Shown here: positions 1-14,250 of the stretch, piece by piece
Numbering within the stretch: the stretch's first letter is position 1
How the letters are laid out: each line of letters starts with the position of its first letter
Source of the DNA: Isurus oxyrinchus
Taxonomy: Eukaryota
Assembly (NCBI GenBank): GCA_026770705.1
Contig: JANJGN010000088.1
Location: 1,054,001-1,118,000 of the forward strand
Length of the DNA: 64,000 bases
Reading direction: 5' to 3'
Notes under the pieces: generated by a model
The model's database searches: none
The model's input: only the letters and a program-made list of their open reading frames with translations
What the model was told of the DNA's origin: nothing
Program-made: the position numbers and the translations under genes

Positions 1-1960
1 CCACCCTGCACTTTCTGTACTCCACTAATGCCTATGCTGATTTGCTTCCCTTGTTCTGCTAAAAGCCCCTCTTTTCCTTCTGATCGTAACCTGAATATCT
101 CTGGTCATCCACGGTTCTCTGGGCTTGTTACTCCTTCCTATCACCCTAGAGAGAACATGTTGAGTCTGTACCCTCCCCATTTCCTTTTTGAACACCCCCC
201 ACTGTTCCTCTGTAGATTTCCCCACAAGTAGCTGTTCCCAGTCTACCTTGGCCAGATCCTGTCTTATTTTACTAAAATCCACTCTCCTCCAATCCAAAAC
301 ATTTTTTTGCAACTTGTCGATTTCTTTGTTCATAACAAACTTAAACTGTACATGTTGTGGTCGCTATCACTAAAATGCTCGTCCACCACCACCGCAGCCA
401 CCTGTCCGGCTTCATTCCCCATAATTAGGTCCAGCAATGAACCTTCCCTTGTTGGACCCTCTAGATATTGACCTCAAAAGTTCTCCTGTACACATTTCAA
501 GAAATCCACTCCATCCAAGCCCTTAACACTATGTCTATCCCAATTAATGCTGGGGAAGTTGCAATGACCTAATATAATTACCCTATTGTTATTGTTTTTA
601 CACACCTCCACAAATTGTGCACATATTTGCTCCTCAGTTTCCTGCTGACTATCTATAATAAACTCCTAATAAGGTGGTTTCTCCTTTTTCATTCCTAAGC
701 TCTACCCACAAAGCTTCATTCGATGCCCCCTCCAAGATATCATCTCTCCTTACTGCAGTAACAGACTCCTTAACTAATAATGCAATGCCTCCTCCTCTTT
801 TACCCCCTCCCCTGTCTCGCCTGCAGATTCCATATCCCAGAATGTTGAGCTGCCAATCCAGCCCTTCCCTCAACCACATCTCAGTGATGGCTACTATATC
901 ACAATTCCACATGTCAATCCTCATCCTTAACTCCTCTGTTTTACTTGTAGTATTCCTGGCATTAAAGTAGGGGCCATTCAGCCTTGCCTTACTCTCTTGA
1001 AGCTAATTGCAGCTATACTCCCTCTGACTTGATTGTTTTACTGCATTATGATGTATCCCTGTTCTTCTAACATTGTACGAATTAGTTTAAACTTCTCCCA
1101 ACAGCACTAGCAAACATGCCCACAAGGATGTTAGTCCTGCTCTGGTTCAGATGTAGACCGTCCTGTTTGTCCAGTTCCCACCTTCCCCCGAAACGGTCCC
1201 AGTGATCCAGGAATCTAAAACCCTCCCTCCTGCACCACGTGTTCATCTGCGCTATCCTCCTATTTCTGAGCTCGCTAGCACATGGCACTGGGAGTAATCC
1301 AGAGATTACAACCCGAGAGGTCTTGCTTTTTAGTCTACTGCCTAACCTGAATTCTTGATGCAAGACCTCATCCCTCTTTCTACCTATATCATTGGTTCCA
1401 ACATGTACCATGACCTCTGCCTTATCACCCTCCCCCTTCAGGATGCCCTGCAGCTGTTCAGTGACATCCAGGACCCTGGCATCAGGGAGGCAACATACCA
1501 TCCTGGAGTCACGTTGACGGCCACAGTAGCGCCTATCTGTTCCCCTGACTATAGAATCCCCTATTAGTATTACTGTTCCCCTTCTTCCCCTCCTGCTGCT
1601 TTTGGTGCCAGAAGCTTGGATCTGTCCGCACTCCCTGGAGGAACCAGCTCCCTCATCAGCCTCCAAAACGGAATACCGATTTGCGAGTGGGACCCCAGGG
1701 GACTCCTGAACAACCTGCCTATTTCTCTTGGATTGCCTGGTGGTCACCCATTCCCTTCCTCCCTCAAATCCCTTCATCTGTGGTGTGACCACCTCTCCAA
1801 ACGTGCTATCCATGATGCTCTCAGACTCGCGGATGCTCCACAGTGTCCCCAGCCGCTGTTCCAGCTCTGAAACCTGAGCTTCCAGGAGCTACAGCTGGGC
1901 ACACCTCCTGCACACATGCTGGTCCCGGGCACTGGAAATGTCCCCGGCTTCCCACATTCC
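1..1960 (-). mobile_element. CR1-clade LINE, 5' part (ORF1 SGNH esterase; ORF2 APE endonuclease), decayed
   Basis: ORF1 motifs ILIGDSIVRG, HVGTNDI, DGLHLN. ORF2 motifs IVAITEMWL, RGGGIALLVK, LLGVYYR. Broken frames. Confidence 0.9.
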
Positions 1961-1964
1961 CAGT

Positions 1965-3060
1965 GCATTCTCCCAATGCTTGTACTGAGTGAATTCCCTA
2001 ACTGAGAAATTCCTCCAATTTCCCTATGGTACATTCCTCTGTACTGCATATCAGTTGTGTGGTGTGTTATCCCACTGTTCCTATTGGAGAATTCCATTAC
2101 ACATGGGACCAGGAATCTTTTCCGATATATCACCCTGAAACATATTCCACCAATTTCGAGTCTTTGACAATATTTCCCGCATGACTGTACTTGAGAGAAT
2201 CAGACATACATGGGACTGGTTTCACCCCCAGTACCTGATTGTGGTGTGTATCCCCCTAATTTGACCCTTGGGCATAATCTGATCCATGGATTAATGTTCT
2301 CAGGGGAAATTACCTCTTACACTGTGGCTCAAGCTCAGCATCTGGTCCTGTGGTTTATTCTCCCGATGAATATGTTGCGAGGATACCTTCATATATGCAA
2401 CACGAATGTCCCCGAATATCCAGTTCTGGATGTATTCCAACAATCGCTGTTCTGGGAAGTGTCAATTCGCTCATGCATGAGACTCTGTGTCCATCCCTGC
2501 ACCATATCCCCCTCCTATCTGACTTTGTGTATATTCTCCCAATGAATGTGATTCAGGGGAGTTTATTGAGGAGACTGGGAAACTCCTCCAGTATCATGCG
2601 CTGGGCCATATTCCCCTAATATTAGGTTGGCACTGATAAGATTCCCACATGCATTGGACTAGGAGTATTCCCAAATCTCTGGCCCTGGGACATATTCCCA
2701 AGATGTCTAGTCCTGGTGTGTATTTTCACAATGACTGTACTGGCTAATCCCTCCTACATGGACTGAGAGCTCCCACCCCCCACAATGAGTGTATTCCCTC
2801 ACTATTTGTACCCAGGGAGGGGTTGGGGGGTCTTGGTTGGGTTAGTCTGTCATACATGTGACTTGGAATCTGCACAAACTTGTTTCTGGGATCTCTTCCC
2901 CCAATGAATGTGCTTGTGAGGAAACTCACTTATGCACTGTCTTTGCAATAACTCATATTATCTTGATGTAGATGAAAGTCTGTCTGTATCAGTTCCTGGG
3001 CCATGTTTCTCTCTGACTATACAGGCAGGGCATTCCCACAATTCTGTGATTTGGAATTAT
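1965..3060. repeat. Degenerate fragment of the same satellite family
   Basis: Recurring TATTCCC / TGACTGTACT / CATGGGACTGG / AATATCTGG motifs as at 32.1-34.7 kb. Confidence 0.55.
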
Positions 3061-3084
3061 AATAACCTCAATACTCTATTACTT

Positions 3085-4164
3085 TTGTTTTCACGGGAAG
3101 TGGGCATTGATGGCTAGGCCAGCATTTGTTGTCCATCCCTAATTGCTGTTGAGAAGGTGACGGTGAGCCTCCTTCTTGAACTGCTGCAATCCATGTGATG
3201 CAAGTACACCCACAGCGCTGTTGGGAAGAAAGTTCCAGGATTTTGAGCCAGTGACAATGTAGGAATGGCAATATATTTCCAAGTCAGGATGGTGTTTGGC
3301 TTGAAGCGGAACTTGCAGGTGGTGGTGTTCCCATTTGTCTGCTGAACTTGTCCTTCTGCATGGATGTGGTCAAGGGTTTGGGAGATGTTGTGAAAGGAGC
3401 CTTGGTGAATTTTGCAGTGCATCTTGTAGATGGTACACACTGCTGCCACCATGTATTGATGGTGGAGGGAGTGAATGTTTAAGGTGGTGAATAGTGTGTT
3501 GATCAAGTGGACTGCTTTGTGCTGGATGGTATGGAGCTTCTCCAGTGTTGTTGGAGACATACTCATCCAGGCAAGTGGAGAGTATTCCGTCACACTCCTG
3601 ACTTGTGCCTTGTAGATGGTGGACAGGCTTTGGGGAGTCAAGATGTGAGCCACTCACCTCAGAATTCTCAGTCACTGACCTGCTGTTGTAGACACAGTAT
3701 GTTCTAGTTTAATTTCTGGTCAATGGCAACCCCCAGAATGTTGCTAGTGGGGATTTTGCAATGGTAATGTCATTGGATGTCAAGAAGAAATGTTTAGGTT
3801 CCCTCTTTTTGGAGATGGTCATTGCCTTGCGCTTTCCTGGTTTGAATGTCAATTGTCACTCATCAGCCCTGGCCTGAAAGTTGTCCAGGTCTTGCTACAA
3901 ATGGGCATGGACTGCTTCAATATCTGAGAGATGTAAATGGTGCTGAACATTGCAATCATCAGCGAATATCCGCATTTCTGACATTTTGATGAAGGGAGGG
4001 TCATTTGAAAATGGTGAGCCGAACAAACCTAAGGAACTCTTGCAGTGATGTCCTGGTACGGAGATGATAGACCTCCAACAAGCACAACCATCTTTCTTTG
4101 TGCCAGGTATAACTCCAAGCAGTGAAGAGTTTCCCCCCTGATCCCCATTAACTTCAGTTTGACA
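3085..4164 (-). mobile_element. CR1-clade LINE 3' fragment (second family)
   Basis: LELYLAQRKMVV and LSTIYKAQVRSV.EYSPLAW RT C-terminal motifs plus the family 3' tail. Confidence 0.85.
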
Positions 4165-5655
4165 TAAAAAAGGAAAATGCTTGAAAATCTCAGCAGGTCT
4201 AGCAGCATCTGCGGAGAGAGATAATGTTTCAAGTCCACATGTCTACTCTTTAGAGTTAAAGAGAAGTATAAATGTGGTGGATTTTGTCCTGTTTAAGAGT
4301 GAGTGGAGCAGTTGGAGCAAAATAGAAGATCAGGGTTAGGTGGGAGCTCAGGAGAAGTTGACAAAGATGACATGGACACAAGACAAAGGGAGTGTTAATG
4401 GTAGTGCTAAAGACTAATGGTGCTGACAGTGGCATAAAGGTGAGATGACAATGTTTTAACAGCAGAACAAGGGTCAGTACTCCGTGAATGCACAACAGCA
4501 AAACAAGTGACAGATAGCCCTGTGAGGGATGGGGGTAGAGGGGAGGTGGTTGGGGAAAAATGATGGAAAAGGGATGAAATTAAATAAAAAAAATTGAAAA
4601 ACAATGAATAAATACATTTTTAAAAATGGCAACTTTTAAAAATGTAAAAATTGAATTTATAAAGGGATAAGAATGGAGGAAAGGTCTGAAGTTGTTGAAC
4701 GCAATGTTAAGTCCAGAAGACTACAAAGTGTCCAATCGGTCACCCAGTCTGCTTTTAGTCTCTCCGATGTAGAGTAGACCACATTGGGAGCAGCATATAC
4801 AGTAGCCCAAATTGAAGGAGGTGCAAGTGATGCGCTACTTCACCTGAAAGGACCTTGGGTGGTGAGGAGGGAAGAGACAAAGGGTCAGATGGTGTATCTT
4901 GTGTGATTGCATGGGAAGGTGCCATGTGAAGGTGATGCAGAGTTGAGGGTAATGAAGGAGTGGGCCAGGGAAGGAGGGAACAGCCCCAATGGGTTGCTGA
5001 CGCGGGTGGTGGGGAGATGGAGAGATGAGGGGAAGATGTGTTTGGTGGTGGCATCATGCTGGAGTTGGTGGAAATTGTGGAAGTGAAAATTGAGGACAAG
5101 GGGACACTCTTGTTTCTGGGAGGGAGGGAACGGGGTGAGGGCAGATGTGCAGGAGATGAGTCGGGCATGGTTGAGGGCCCTGTCAACCACACTAGGCGGG
5201 AACCCTCGGTAAAGGAAAAAGGAAGGCTCTTCAGAGGCGTGGTTTTGGAATGTAGCATCATTGGAACAAATGCGACGGAGACAGAGGAACTGGAAGCATG
5301 GGATGGAGTCCTTACAGGAAGCAGAGTGTGAGGAGCTGTAGTCAAGGTAACTGTGGGAGTTAGTGAGCGTGTAATGAATATTGGTGGACAGTCTATTGCC
5401 AGAAATGGAGACAGAGAGGTCGAGGAAGGAAATGGAAGTGTCGGAGATGGACCAGATGAAGGTGAGAGAGGGGTGGAAATTGGAAACAAAATCGATAATT
5501 TTTTCCAGATCCAGACGAGAGCATGGAGCAGCACCGAAACAGTCTCCAATGTAATGAAAAAATAGTTGTGGGAGGGGACCTGAGTAGAACTGGATGAAGG
5601 AATGTCCCACATGTCGCACAAAAAGACGGGCATAACTGGGGCCCATGACACACCT
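4165..5655 (-). mobile_element. Penelope-like element, 5'-truncated (RT + GIY-YIG remnants)
   Basis: MGPSYA.LF, YIGD (YIDD-like), FLDLSV, HSYLDYSSSH..SCKDSIP..QFL.LRRICS. A second frame gives YCICCSQCGLLYIGET (GIY-YIG). Confidence 0.85.
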
Positions 5656-5680
5656 TTTATTTATTTTTAACTTCAATTTG

Positions 5681-6688
5681 TCCGCTGGTTGGAATCGTAC
5701 GTGGCACAAAGGAAGATGGTTATGCTTGTTGGAGTTCAAGCATCTCAGTTCCAGGATAGTGTTCTAGGCCCAACCATCTTCAGCTGCTGCATCAATAAGC
5801 TTCTTTCCATCATTAGGTCAGAAGTGGGGATGTTTGCTGACGAGTGCACAACATTCAGCACCGTTCACAACTACACTGATAATGAAGCTGCCAATGTTCA
5901 AACATTGCAAGACCTGGACAATATCCAGGCTTGGGCTGACAAGTAGCAAGTAACATTCGTGCCACACAAGTAGCAGGCAATAACTATCTCCAGCAAGAAA
6001 GAATCTAACTATCGCCCCCTGAAATTCAATGGCATGACCTTCACTGAATTCCTTCACTATCAACATCCTGGGGGTAACCATTGACCAGACTGTGAACCAG
6101 AGAGATGACACAAATACTGTAGCGATGAGAACAGGTCAGAGGCTAGGAACTCGTCAGTGAACCGTTGACTTGCTGACACCCCAAAGCCTGTCCACCATCC
6201 AAAAGGCACAAGTCTAGAGTGTGATGGAATACTCTACAGTTGCCTGGATGAGTGCAGCTCCCACAACACTCAAGAAGCTCAACAACACCCATGACAAAGC
6301 AACTACTTGATTGGCACGCCTTCCGCAAACATGCACTCCCTACAGCTTTGACGCACAGTAGTAGCAGTGTGTACCATCCACAAGATGCACTGCAGGAATT
6401 CACCAGCTCAAACAGCAGCCTTCAAACCCATGACCACTACCATCTAGAAGGACAAGAGCAGCAGATACAATGGAACACCGCCAGCTGGAAGTTCCCCTCC
6501 AAGCTCCACACAGCATCCTGACTTGGAAATATATTGCTATTCTCTCACTGTGGGTGCAGCTACACCACATGTACTGCAACGATTCAAGAAGGCAGCTCAC
6601 CACCCCCTTCTTGAGGGCAATTAGGGATGAGCAATAAATGCTGGTCTAGCCAGTGATGTCCACGCCCATGAACGGAAATGAAAAAACT
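5681..6688 (+). mobile_element. CR1-clade LINE 3' fragment
   Basis: ESYVAQRKMV, VLGPTIFSC.IN.L, MFADE.T and the family 3' tail. Confidence 0.85.
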
Positions 6689-7838
6689 CACCTTGATGTC
6701 ATACTCAGCAAAATGCTTCCTTGATGTCAAGTGCAGTCACTGTCACCTCACCTGTGGAATTCAACTCTTTTCTCCCTGTTTGGACCAGTGCTGAAATGAG
6801 GTCTGCAACCGAATGGCCTTGCAGAACCCAAATTGGGCATCAGTGAGTAGGGCGTGCTGAGTAAGCGCTGCTTGATGGGCACTGTTGACAACATATCCCA
6901 TTGATTTGTTGATGATCGAGAGGGGTCTGAATCGGCTGAAATTGTCCCGATTAAATTTGTCTTGCTTTGTATATGGCAGTGTTGTGGCTATGCTGGAACA
7001 GTTTGGCGAGGGGCTAGTTCTGGAGTGCAAGCCTTCAGGATTATTGTCAAGATGTTGTCAGGACCTGAAGTCTTTGTGGTGCTTCAGCTGTTGTGGTAAA
7101 AAGATGAGATCACTCAAGTCTCCAGGAAGCAAAGATTTTATTCAAGTTTATGCTGGAAAGTTGAGCGTGGTTACTTTCCCAAGAAACTCTCACAATGCAA
7201 AGCCTGTTTCATAATTATATAGTCCTTTGTTCTCACATAGCAAAACACTGTGTGGTACAACCCCAAATCACTGGTATAGCCCTAACATATGCATCACCTA
7301 AAATCATCAAGAGTGGGGTACATTATTGCAGATATTCGCGGTTATCTCAGCATTTGGCCTCAGAATTTTTGGGGCCTAATAACTCCCTGTCTGTTTTCTT
7401 ATCTCCATAACACCCTGTTTAAACAAGCTGTGAAAGCCATTATGATTCTTAGCTGGTTCCCATAGTTCTGGCTATATTTCTCATCATGCCTAGAAGGAGC
7501 TCTCATAATTATATTTGTCTACTTCAAAGCTGTTAATGCACATCTTAACCTTAATGTTAAATGATTTCAATTACCCCACTTAAGTCCCTCCTTTTGGACC
7601 CCTGGTCAGGCACTACCTGACCCAGACGGGACATTCCCAAGAGCCTCGGACCACCAGTAGCTCTAGGGATCCTACTAGAGGCGAGTGGGCTATGGGTCTG
7701 CTACTGTTCTCTTACAGCTTCGCCGAAGTCCTAGTGACCTCAGCTTGGCCCAGAACCATTATTTCATTGACATTGCAATATCTTCATAAATGTTGCCGAT
7801 CTTTGTATTTCCTGGGAGGCGAGTTTCAGTTGCAGTGG

Positions 7839-8724
7839 TGTTATGATATGGCAGGTGGTAATTGCTGGGCTGGCCAAATCCCAAAGGGAAAGTTGGTCAA
7901 GCTATCACAACAATTTGCAATTTGTATTTATTACGAGAAGGTAGGTGTACTGAAGTCAGAAGTAAAGATTCCACTACCACTTTTGGAAATTTTAAATATT
8001 AAATTAAAACATATATTAACAAAAGAAAAGAAAACTTAAACACACAAAAGTTACAGTTACACAGTTACATTTAATCTAATAACATTTTCCAAAGGATTTC
8101 TATTTAGCTAGACTCATGAATATGCACTCTTTTCCAAGCAACAACCCATCTAGATTCCTAATCTATAAAAAATCCAATAATATTACTTCAAGGCACCCAC
8201 TGTTGCTATAGGGGAGGTATGTCACAAGCTTCCCTCTCCCTCTCACTCAACAATGGAAATCCAAGACTTGTAGCAAAACCTTGTTTTCTGGAACAGCCAG
8301 ACACTTCCCTTGGGTGGCTGGAGGCGGCTTACTTCACAGGACTGTCTTAGCGCAGCACACCCTTCAAGATCTCACATGGTCACACACCCCATACAGCTTT
8401 CAATCTTTCCTTAATTTGTTTCTTCTCTTTCATCTTTAAAACCATTGCTCTTAACTTTCTTTGGAAGTTACCTTTCCTAGAATATAAACATTTTTCATGT
8501 TATCTTTATGGATGTTGCTTTCGGGAAAAATAAACATAATAACTTTGCTTTATCCATTTATGATTTTTGCCAGTTATAAAACTTCCTTTGTTTCTCTATT
8601 TGAAATTCAACAGCTAGAATTTCAACTCCTCAATTATCTGCTAATACAAATTCATATTCATGCTGTATCGACTGGTATCCCACCTTAGCTTGTTCATCTC
8701 CACTTCAAAATGCCTGTTGTTACA
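7839..8724. mobile_element. Possible solo LTR inserted in the env 3' region
   Basis: TGT...ACA-bounded ~890-bp block of different composition that interrupts env-like sequence. No TSD found. Confidence 0.3.
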
Positions 8725-10553
8725 CCATGAACTGAATACATAGCCGGTGAGGGCCCTACCGCAAGGTGAAAATCCCCCACAGTGAAGGAATTGATGAACT
8801 GCAAGCTGAAAATGTAGACATCGTCACACTCTAATCCTCCATATAAGAATCTTGTCTTGTCCGTCAGAAAGCATCACTCTGTAGGACAGGTTTGATGCTT
8901 TGATGGTTCCTTCAAGAGGGCTAACTGACATCACCATGGTAGAATCATTACTGATAGACCTCAGGGTATTACAGGAGCAGATTATGTAATGCTGTGATTC
9001 AGTACAACATTCTCATGCTGTCATTAGAAGGGTGCTATTCGAGCCTGGAACCAGATATCCCCAGGATCCTACCTGGTGCACCCATGCCCTCTTTCCCACT
9101 CTCAGGGATTCAAATTTATATCCCCACCACCCCCCACCCATCCTCCCCACCGGTATCTTCCAGAAATATGATGCTGTGATATACTCATCAGAAATTTTGT
9201 TATGTCTCCCTTGCCTGCTGTTTGGGGCTGTTTAGTTACTAATTCCTGTTGTTCTTCCTGTAAATTGGTAAGGACTAATTTCCCCACAGTCTGATATGTG
9301 CGTCAAGGCACAGTACAAAATCTTATATCTTCGTTATCAGACCAAACATTATCTATCAGGCCATGGGCCAGCATGTCACATGCCCTCCCCTTTGACTGTG
9401 AATCTGTTACATTAATAATAGCCTGGAATAATAGTTTTAACTTTTCCATTATACGTTCTCCCTGGACCTGTACAACAGTAAGCGTGTACTCAGTTGACCT
9501 TGTTGTGAACTGCACTCCTCCCGCTACCCAAGAGGCATAATCGTTCATATTGGAGATTTGCAGTGAATTCAGGGCTGAATTGGCATTTCCCAACAAGCGC
9601 CTCCGATCCCCCAAGAAGCTCCGCCTCTTCCTTCTCCCCTTCCTGATATCCTGAATTCCCGGGGCAATGCGGGTTTGGTAATCCTGGGTCAAATGGAGTA
9701 ATTTTTGTTTCACCTAGCTAGTGGATTCTGCAATATTGCCACATGCTGCGAGTAGGGTTGGGACGAGCCCCGTCAAATTATAGGTCACTCCTAGGGTCTC
9801 CATCGTGACATCATGTAACACTACTTTAGGTTTCTCTATTTTAACTATCCCATCTGGGGGCTGTGACATGATGGCTGGGCGTTTGGTGGGTTTATGTTAC
9901 CTGCAAGTTGACAAATTAACACACCACGTATAGCTTGGGCCAAGCCGATCAATAATGTCTATACGACGTTTTTGACAGTATTGCACCTCCAATCCCAGTT
10001 CCCAAACAAATTGGGGGAGATTAGTCCATCTGGCATGATGTTCACAGTTGTCTTAAACTTGAAGATATTAATACTACCATTCCCAGTTTCCCTGCATGCT
10101 AAATACTATATACCCAGCCCGGAACTCTTTGCACATCAATCACATTACCCATGCCGAGGGTATAGGTTAAATTAGTTTTGGTGATGTGCTGCCAGCAAGA
10201 GGTGCTGACACATCCCTCAGGTTCAAACAGCCAAGATGCCATTGTGCATTGCAAGAGGACTATGGATTTGGTAGGTGGAATGTAGTCCCGGGTCTGGGAC
10301 TTGGATATTACTTGTGTCCCATTGTCACTTCCTGATAACACAACTTGAATAAACAATGACTACTGGTAGTGACCCTACCAGAATCCCAAACGCTTGATTT
10401 CCTTATTCACTCTCTGCTCCCTCCTTTAGGTAGCTGCACATACTGTCCTGCATGTAGACAGGTGGTTTTATTGGTGTTTACAATGGGCACCCCCCTTGCT
10501 GCTGTTATTGTTAAGAGGGTGATTACTGCTGCTGTTGTCCTCCAGATTGCCAT
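8725..10553 (-). pseudogene. env: Decayed env-like glycoprotein gene
   Basis: Acceptor-like TTTTGTTTCAG followed by ATG and signal peptide MAIWRTTAAVITLLTITAARG. Furin site RRKRR followed by SFLG...LLGNANSALNSLQI. Later Cys-rich ECCTESQHYIICSCNT. Multiple stops and frameshifts. Confidence 0.7.
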
Positions 10554-10659
10554 TGTTTTGAGGATTTGTCTGAAACAAAATAGTTAAACAAACTGCTAGT
10601 TGCTTACCTGCTGACAGAAACAGACTGTGAGATTCAAGGTTTCACCTGTGGCGAATGCT

Positions 10660-10715
10660 TCCAAACATGCACACGTGTCACTGGTCATTACTATCTGGTA
10701 AGGCCCTTACCATTG
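10660..10715 (-). pseudogene. Retroviral integrase C-terminal GPY remnant (QW*GPYQIVMTSDTCA)
   Basis: Matches the W-x-GPY-x-V-L-L-T-T-x-T-A pattern and sits just upstream of env as expected. Confidence 0.55.
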
Positions 10716-13117
10716 CAGGGTAGATCCCGGTCATTCTGGTGCCCACTTAATCATTACCTTATCACTTACTTCTGGCACGTCCTGAGGGAGCTGCTCCCCC
10801 TCACTTCTTGCCCAGTCCGCTACATCCTGCTGCTGTCTCACCTTGGACCTCAATTCCTGAAACTGTCTACACATCTCTACAATGCACATTCTTATCCTAT
10901 CTTTCAATGGCCCAATATCTTCAGTTCCAGTGGCACTTCCCTCTCAAAGCCACTTAACTGTTCCTCTCATCATGGTTTTAATCATGTGGTATTCCTTGTT
11001 GTAGCTTGATATGGTCAGTAACACATTCACCCATCCTTTTTCCAGCTCTCCCTTTACCTGTATCTACCTTGTGGTCAATTGTTGTTAAGTATTATTCCTC
11101 CTTCCACTGCAATTGCCTCAACCACAGATTCTTTATAGTTTTACTTTAAAAAAGATTTAATTCCCTCTGACCATGATCATCTGAAGATTCTCTTAAAATC
11201 AGTTTTCTCTATTTCCTTAATCATTTAAAAAGGTTTCCTTACTCTTTGGGTCACATTAATTATGTCATGTCAAAGGGGGGTCTCTGTCTCTCGATCTTTG
11301 CTTATCCCCGAGTGTACAATTGCACTGTCTCAGGCGATAGCCAGATGATCAAATTCAGTTCTCTTAAAAAGTTTGTATATTATGCCCTCTTTTCCTAACT
11401 CTATCCCCTACCTTAATCATTTCCTCATACCGTTGCATACATGCAATAGTTACCATCTTATCTCATTCTGTCTGCATGCAGGACAGTATGTGCAGCTACC
11501 TAAAGGAGGGAGCAGAGAGTGGATAAGGAAACCAAGCGTTTGGGTTTCTGATAGGGTCACTACCAACAGTCATTGTTTATTCAAGTTGTGTTATCAGGAA
11601 GTGACAATGGGACACAAGTAATATACAAGTCCCAGACCCGGGACTACATTCCACCTACCAAATCCATAGTCCTCTTGCAATGCACAAAGGCATCTTGGCT
11701 GTTTGAACCTGAGGGATGTGTCAGCACCTCTTGCTGGCAGCACATCACCAAATCTAATTTAACCTATACCATCAGCAGGGGTAATGCGATTGATTTGCAA
11801 AATGTTTACAGCCTGAGTTCCGGGAGATGTCTGGAGAGACTTTACACTCCAATGAAGTATTATTTTTAAAACAGAAATCGCACATTTCTATTTGATTTCA
11901 GACATTAACCTGTTCTGCTTCTTTGTCTTCTTACCCTTAAACAACATTTTGTTTTCTCAAAAGTAACCCACTAGCTTGTGTCTGACCTTTTCTTCATTTT
12001 AAAATTATCCCAGATTCAAATAGCAGTATTGTTGAGCTACTTTCTTTCACTCTGCCAAAAATTGGATTTCTGCCAAACTTCATCAAGGATTCAGGCTTAT
12101 CTGTATATTTTGGGAACAGACTGACAAGTGCATTTTAAACTCCTTTTCTTCACCACAGAAGTTTGCAGCATTTGAATTCCCTTTCCTTGACAGGAACCAA
12201 ACCTCAAATTTTTAAACTTTGTAAGAATTGTAATTTACACGATCAAAATAAAAACTGCCCCTCTCTGATGCGTATGAATTTGTATCCACATTGAAAGTCC
12301 CACATGTTTATCAACACATATTCTTTATCTTAGATGGCATCATAGTTTTTCAAAAGTAACTTCCTAAAGGTCTGATTCTCATTGGTCAGTGTGTTTATAT
12401 CGGATCTCCTGGCCTGAATGGATGAAATCCATTTTTTTTTTAAAGTAAAGTATAGCCCCTAAACCATGGGTATGCTGTGGCATTGAAAATCTACACATAA
12501 ATTTTTGGATTCTTAAAGCTGCTAGAAATCTTGTGACATTTCTATTTATCTCTAAATAAAAGTAGAAGGGTCCATTCTGTTTGAGGTGGAATGGATTAAT
12601 TCAGCATCCTGAAAGCTGAAGCTGATGGTGGAAAGAGTTAACTCCCTGCTAGTCTGCAAGAGGGTGGGGCAAAGGCTGGTTTGTCTCAAACAACGGAAAA
12701 CCCTGTTGTATCTTTAGAGTATGTTCGACTTGTGATTTTTGGCCAGAAATCTCAACTCAAACCTTCTAACTTGAATTGTAATGTTTGAGTATACTTTCCT
12801 TTCATGCAATTCATAATCTGAGGCTTTTAACTCAAAGCGCTGCACTCCACACACAAATGACAATTAAGGTAAGAAAACACATTAAAGATCACACACAAAT
12901 TCTGCATTGCGCGCAAACACACATATGTAGAAAGATATGTATACTTCCATTCTTATAACATTTGTCTTAGTAACTTAAAACGTTCATACTCTTAACAAAA
13001 CGTCAAGTAGCAGTGCGGGGTAAAGGGATCTTCTAGCCGTCCACCTACAGGGACTCTAAAAGAGTTACAGGGACAATTAAAATGACTGAAGCTCACAACA
13101 CCAACAACCCCTAGAGG

Positions 13118-13152
<35 letters not shown>

Positions 13153-13243
13153 TCTAAATTTTAGTCTGGCATGGCTGATGTTATGTTTATAGTCCGACTA
13201 CTATTATTGCTTTCTCACAAGGAGACAAGTTCCTCCCTGTTCC

Positions 13244-14010
13244 AGGGTTCTCTCACTACACTGGACACTGGGAAATGGTCAATTCCGTTTTACTGCACCA
13301 GGTTTCTCACTACACCGGACACTAGGAAATGGTCAATACCGTTTTACTGCACCAGGTTTCTCACTACACCGGACACTAGGAAATGGTCAATACCGTTTTA
13401 CTGCACCAGGTTTCTCACTACACCGGACACTAGGAAATGTTAATACCGTTATACCGCACCGGTTTTCTCACGACACCGGACACTAGGAAATGGTCAACAC
13501 CATTATACTGCACCGGTTTTCCCACTACACCAGACACTAGGAAATGGTCAATACCATTATACTGCACCGGTTTTCCCACTACACCAGACACTAGGAAATG
13601 GTTAATACCATTATACTGCACCGCTTTTCCCACTACACCAGACACTAGGAAATGGTTAATACCCTTATACCGCACTGGTTTTCCCACTACACCAGACACT
13701 AGGAAATGGTTAATACCGTTATACCGCACCACTTTTCCCACTACACCAGACACTAGGAAATGGTTAATACTATTTTACCGCACCGGTTTTCCCACTACAC
13801 CAGACACTAGGAAATGGTTAATACTATTTTACCGCACCGGTTTTCCCACTACACCAGACACTAGGAAATGGTCAATACCGTTTTACCACACCAGTTTTCT
13901 CACTACACCAGACACTGGGAAACAATCGATATCATTTTAACACCCCAGTTTTCTCACTACACTGGACACTAGGAAATGGTCAATGCTGTTTTACTGCACC
14001 AGTTTTCTCA
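13244..14010. repeat. 54-bp tandem array (~14 copies) in the ERV 5' leader
   Basis: Unit ACTACACCAGACACTAGGAAATGGTCAATACCGTTTTACTGCACCGGTTTTCCC, between the PBS and the internal region. Confidence 0.93.
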
Positions 14011-14250
14011 GAACCCTCTCTAAGAAACGATCTGTACTACCATTTTACCGCAGGGCCACTGGTCAAGTTGCGCCACACTGTCCTTTGTTGCTCCAATCAC
14101 AGACCCATACTCTGGTTCAGATCCTCAAGTTGGCCCACTCGCTTCCCATCTCGAACACGGCCACCTGATCTAATGAGTGGGAAATGAGCGTATTCACCCA
14201 TCCTCTGCTGTTAACGTTCAATCCGGTGCCCATGACCGATATTGCGAGGG

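Noticed and set aside
10571-10607. GTAAG...TTTCAG micro-intron upstream of the env ATG
   Set aside because: About 37 nt is too short for a normal spliceosomal intron. Only the acceptor is plausible, as the env splice acceptor.
13171-13940. Repetitive ORFs (TTPDTRKW...), and likewise 47533-48120 and 52604-53980
   Set aside because: They are translations of tandem repeats with no splice or domain evidence.
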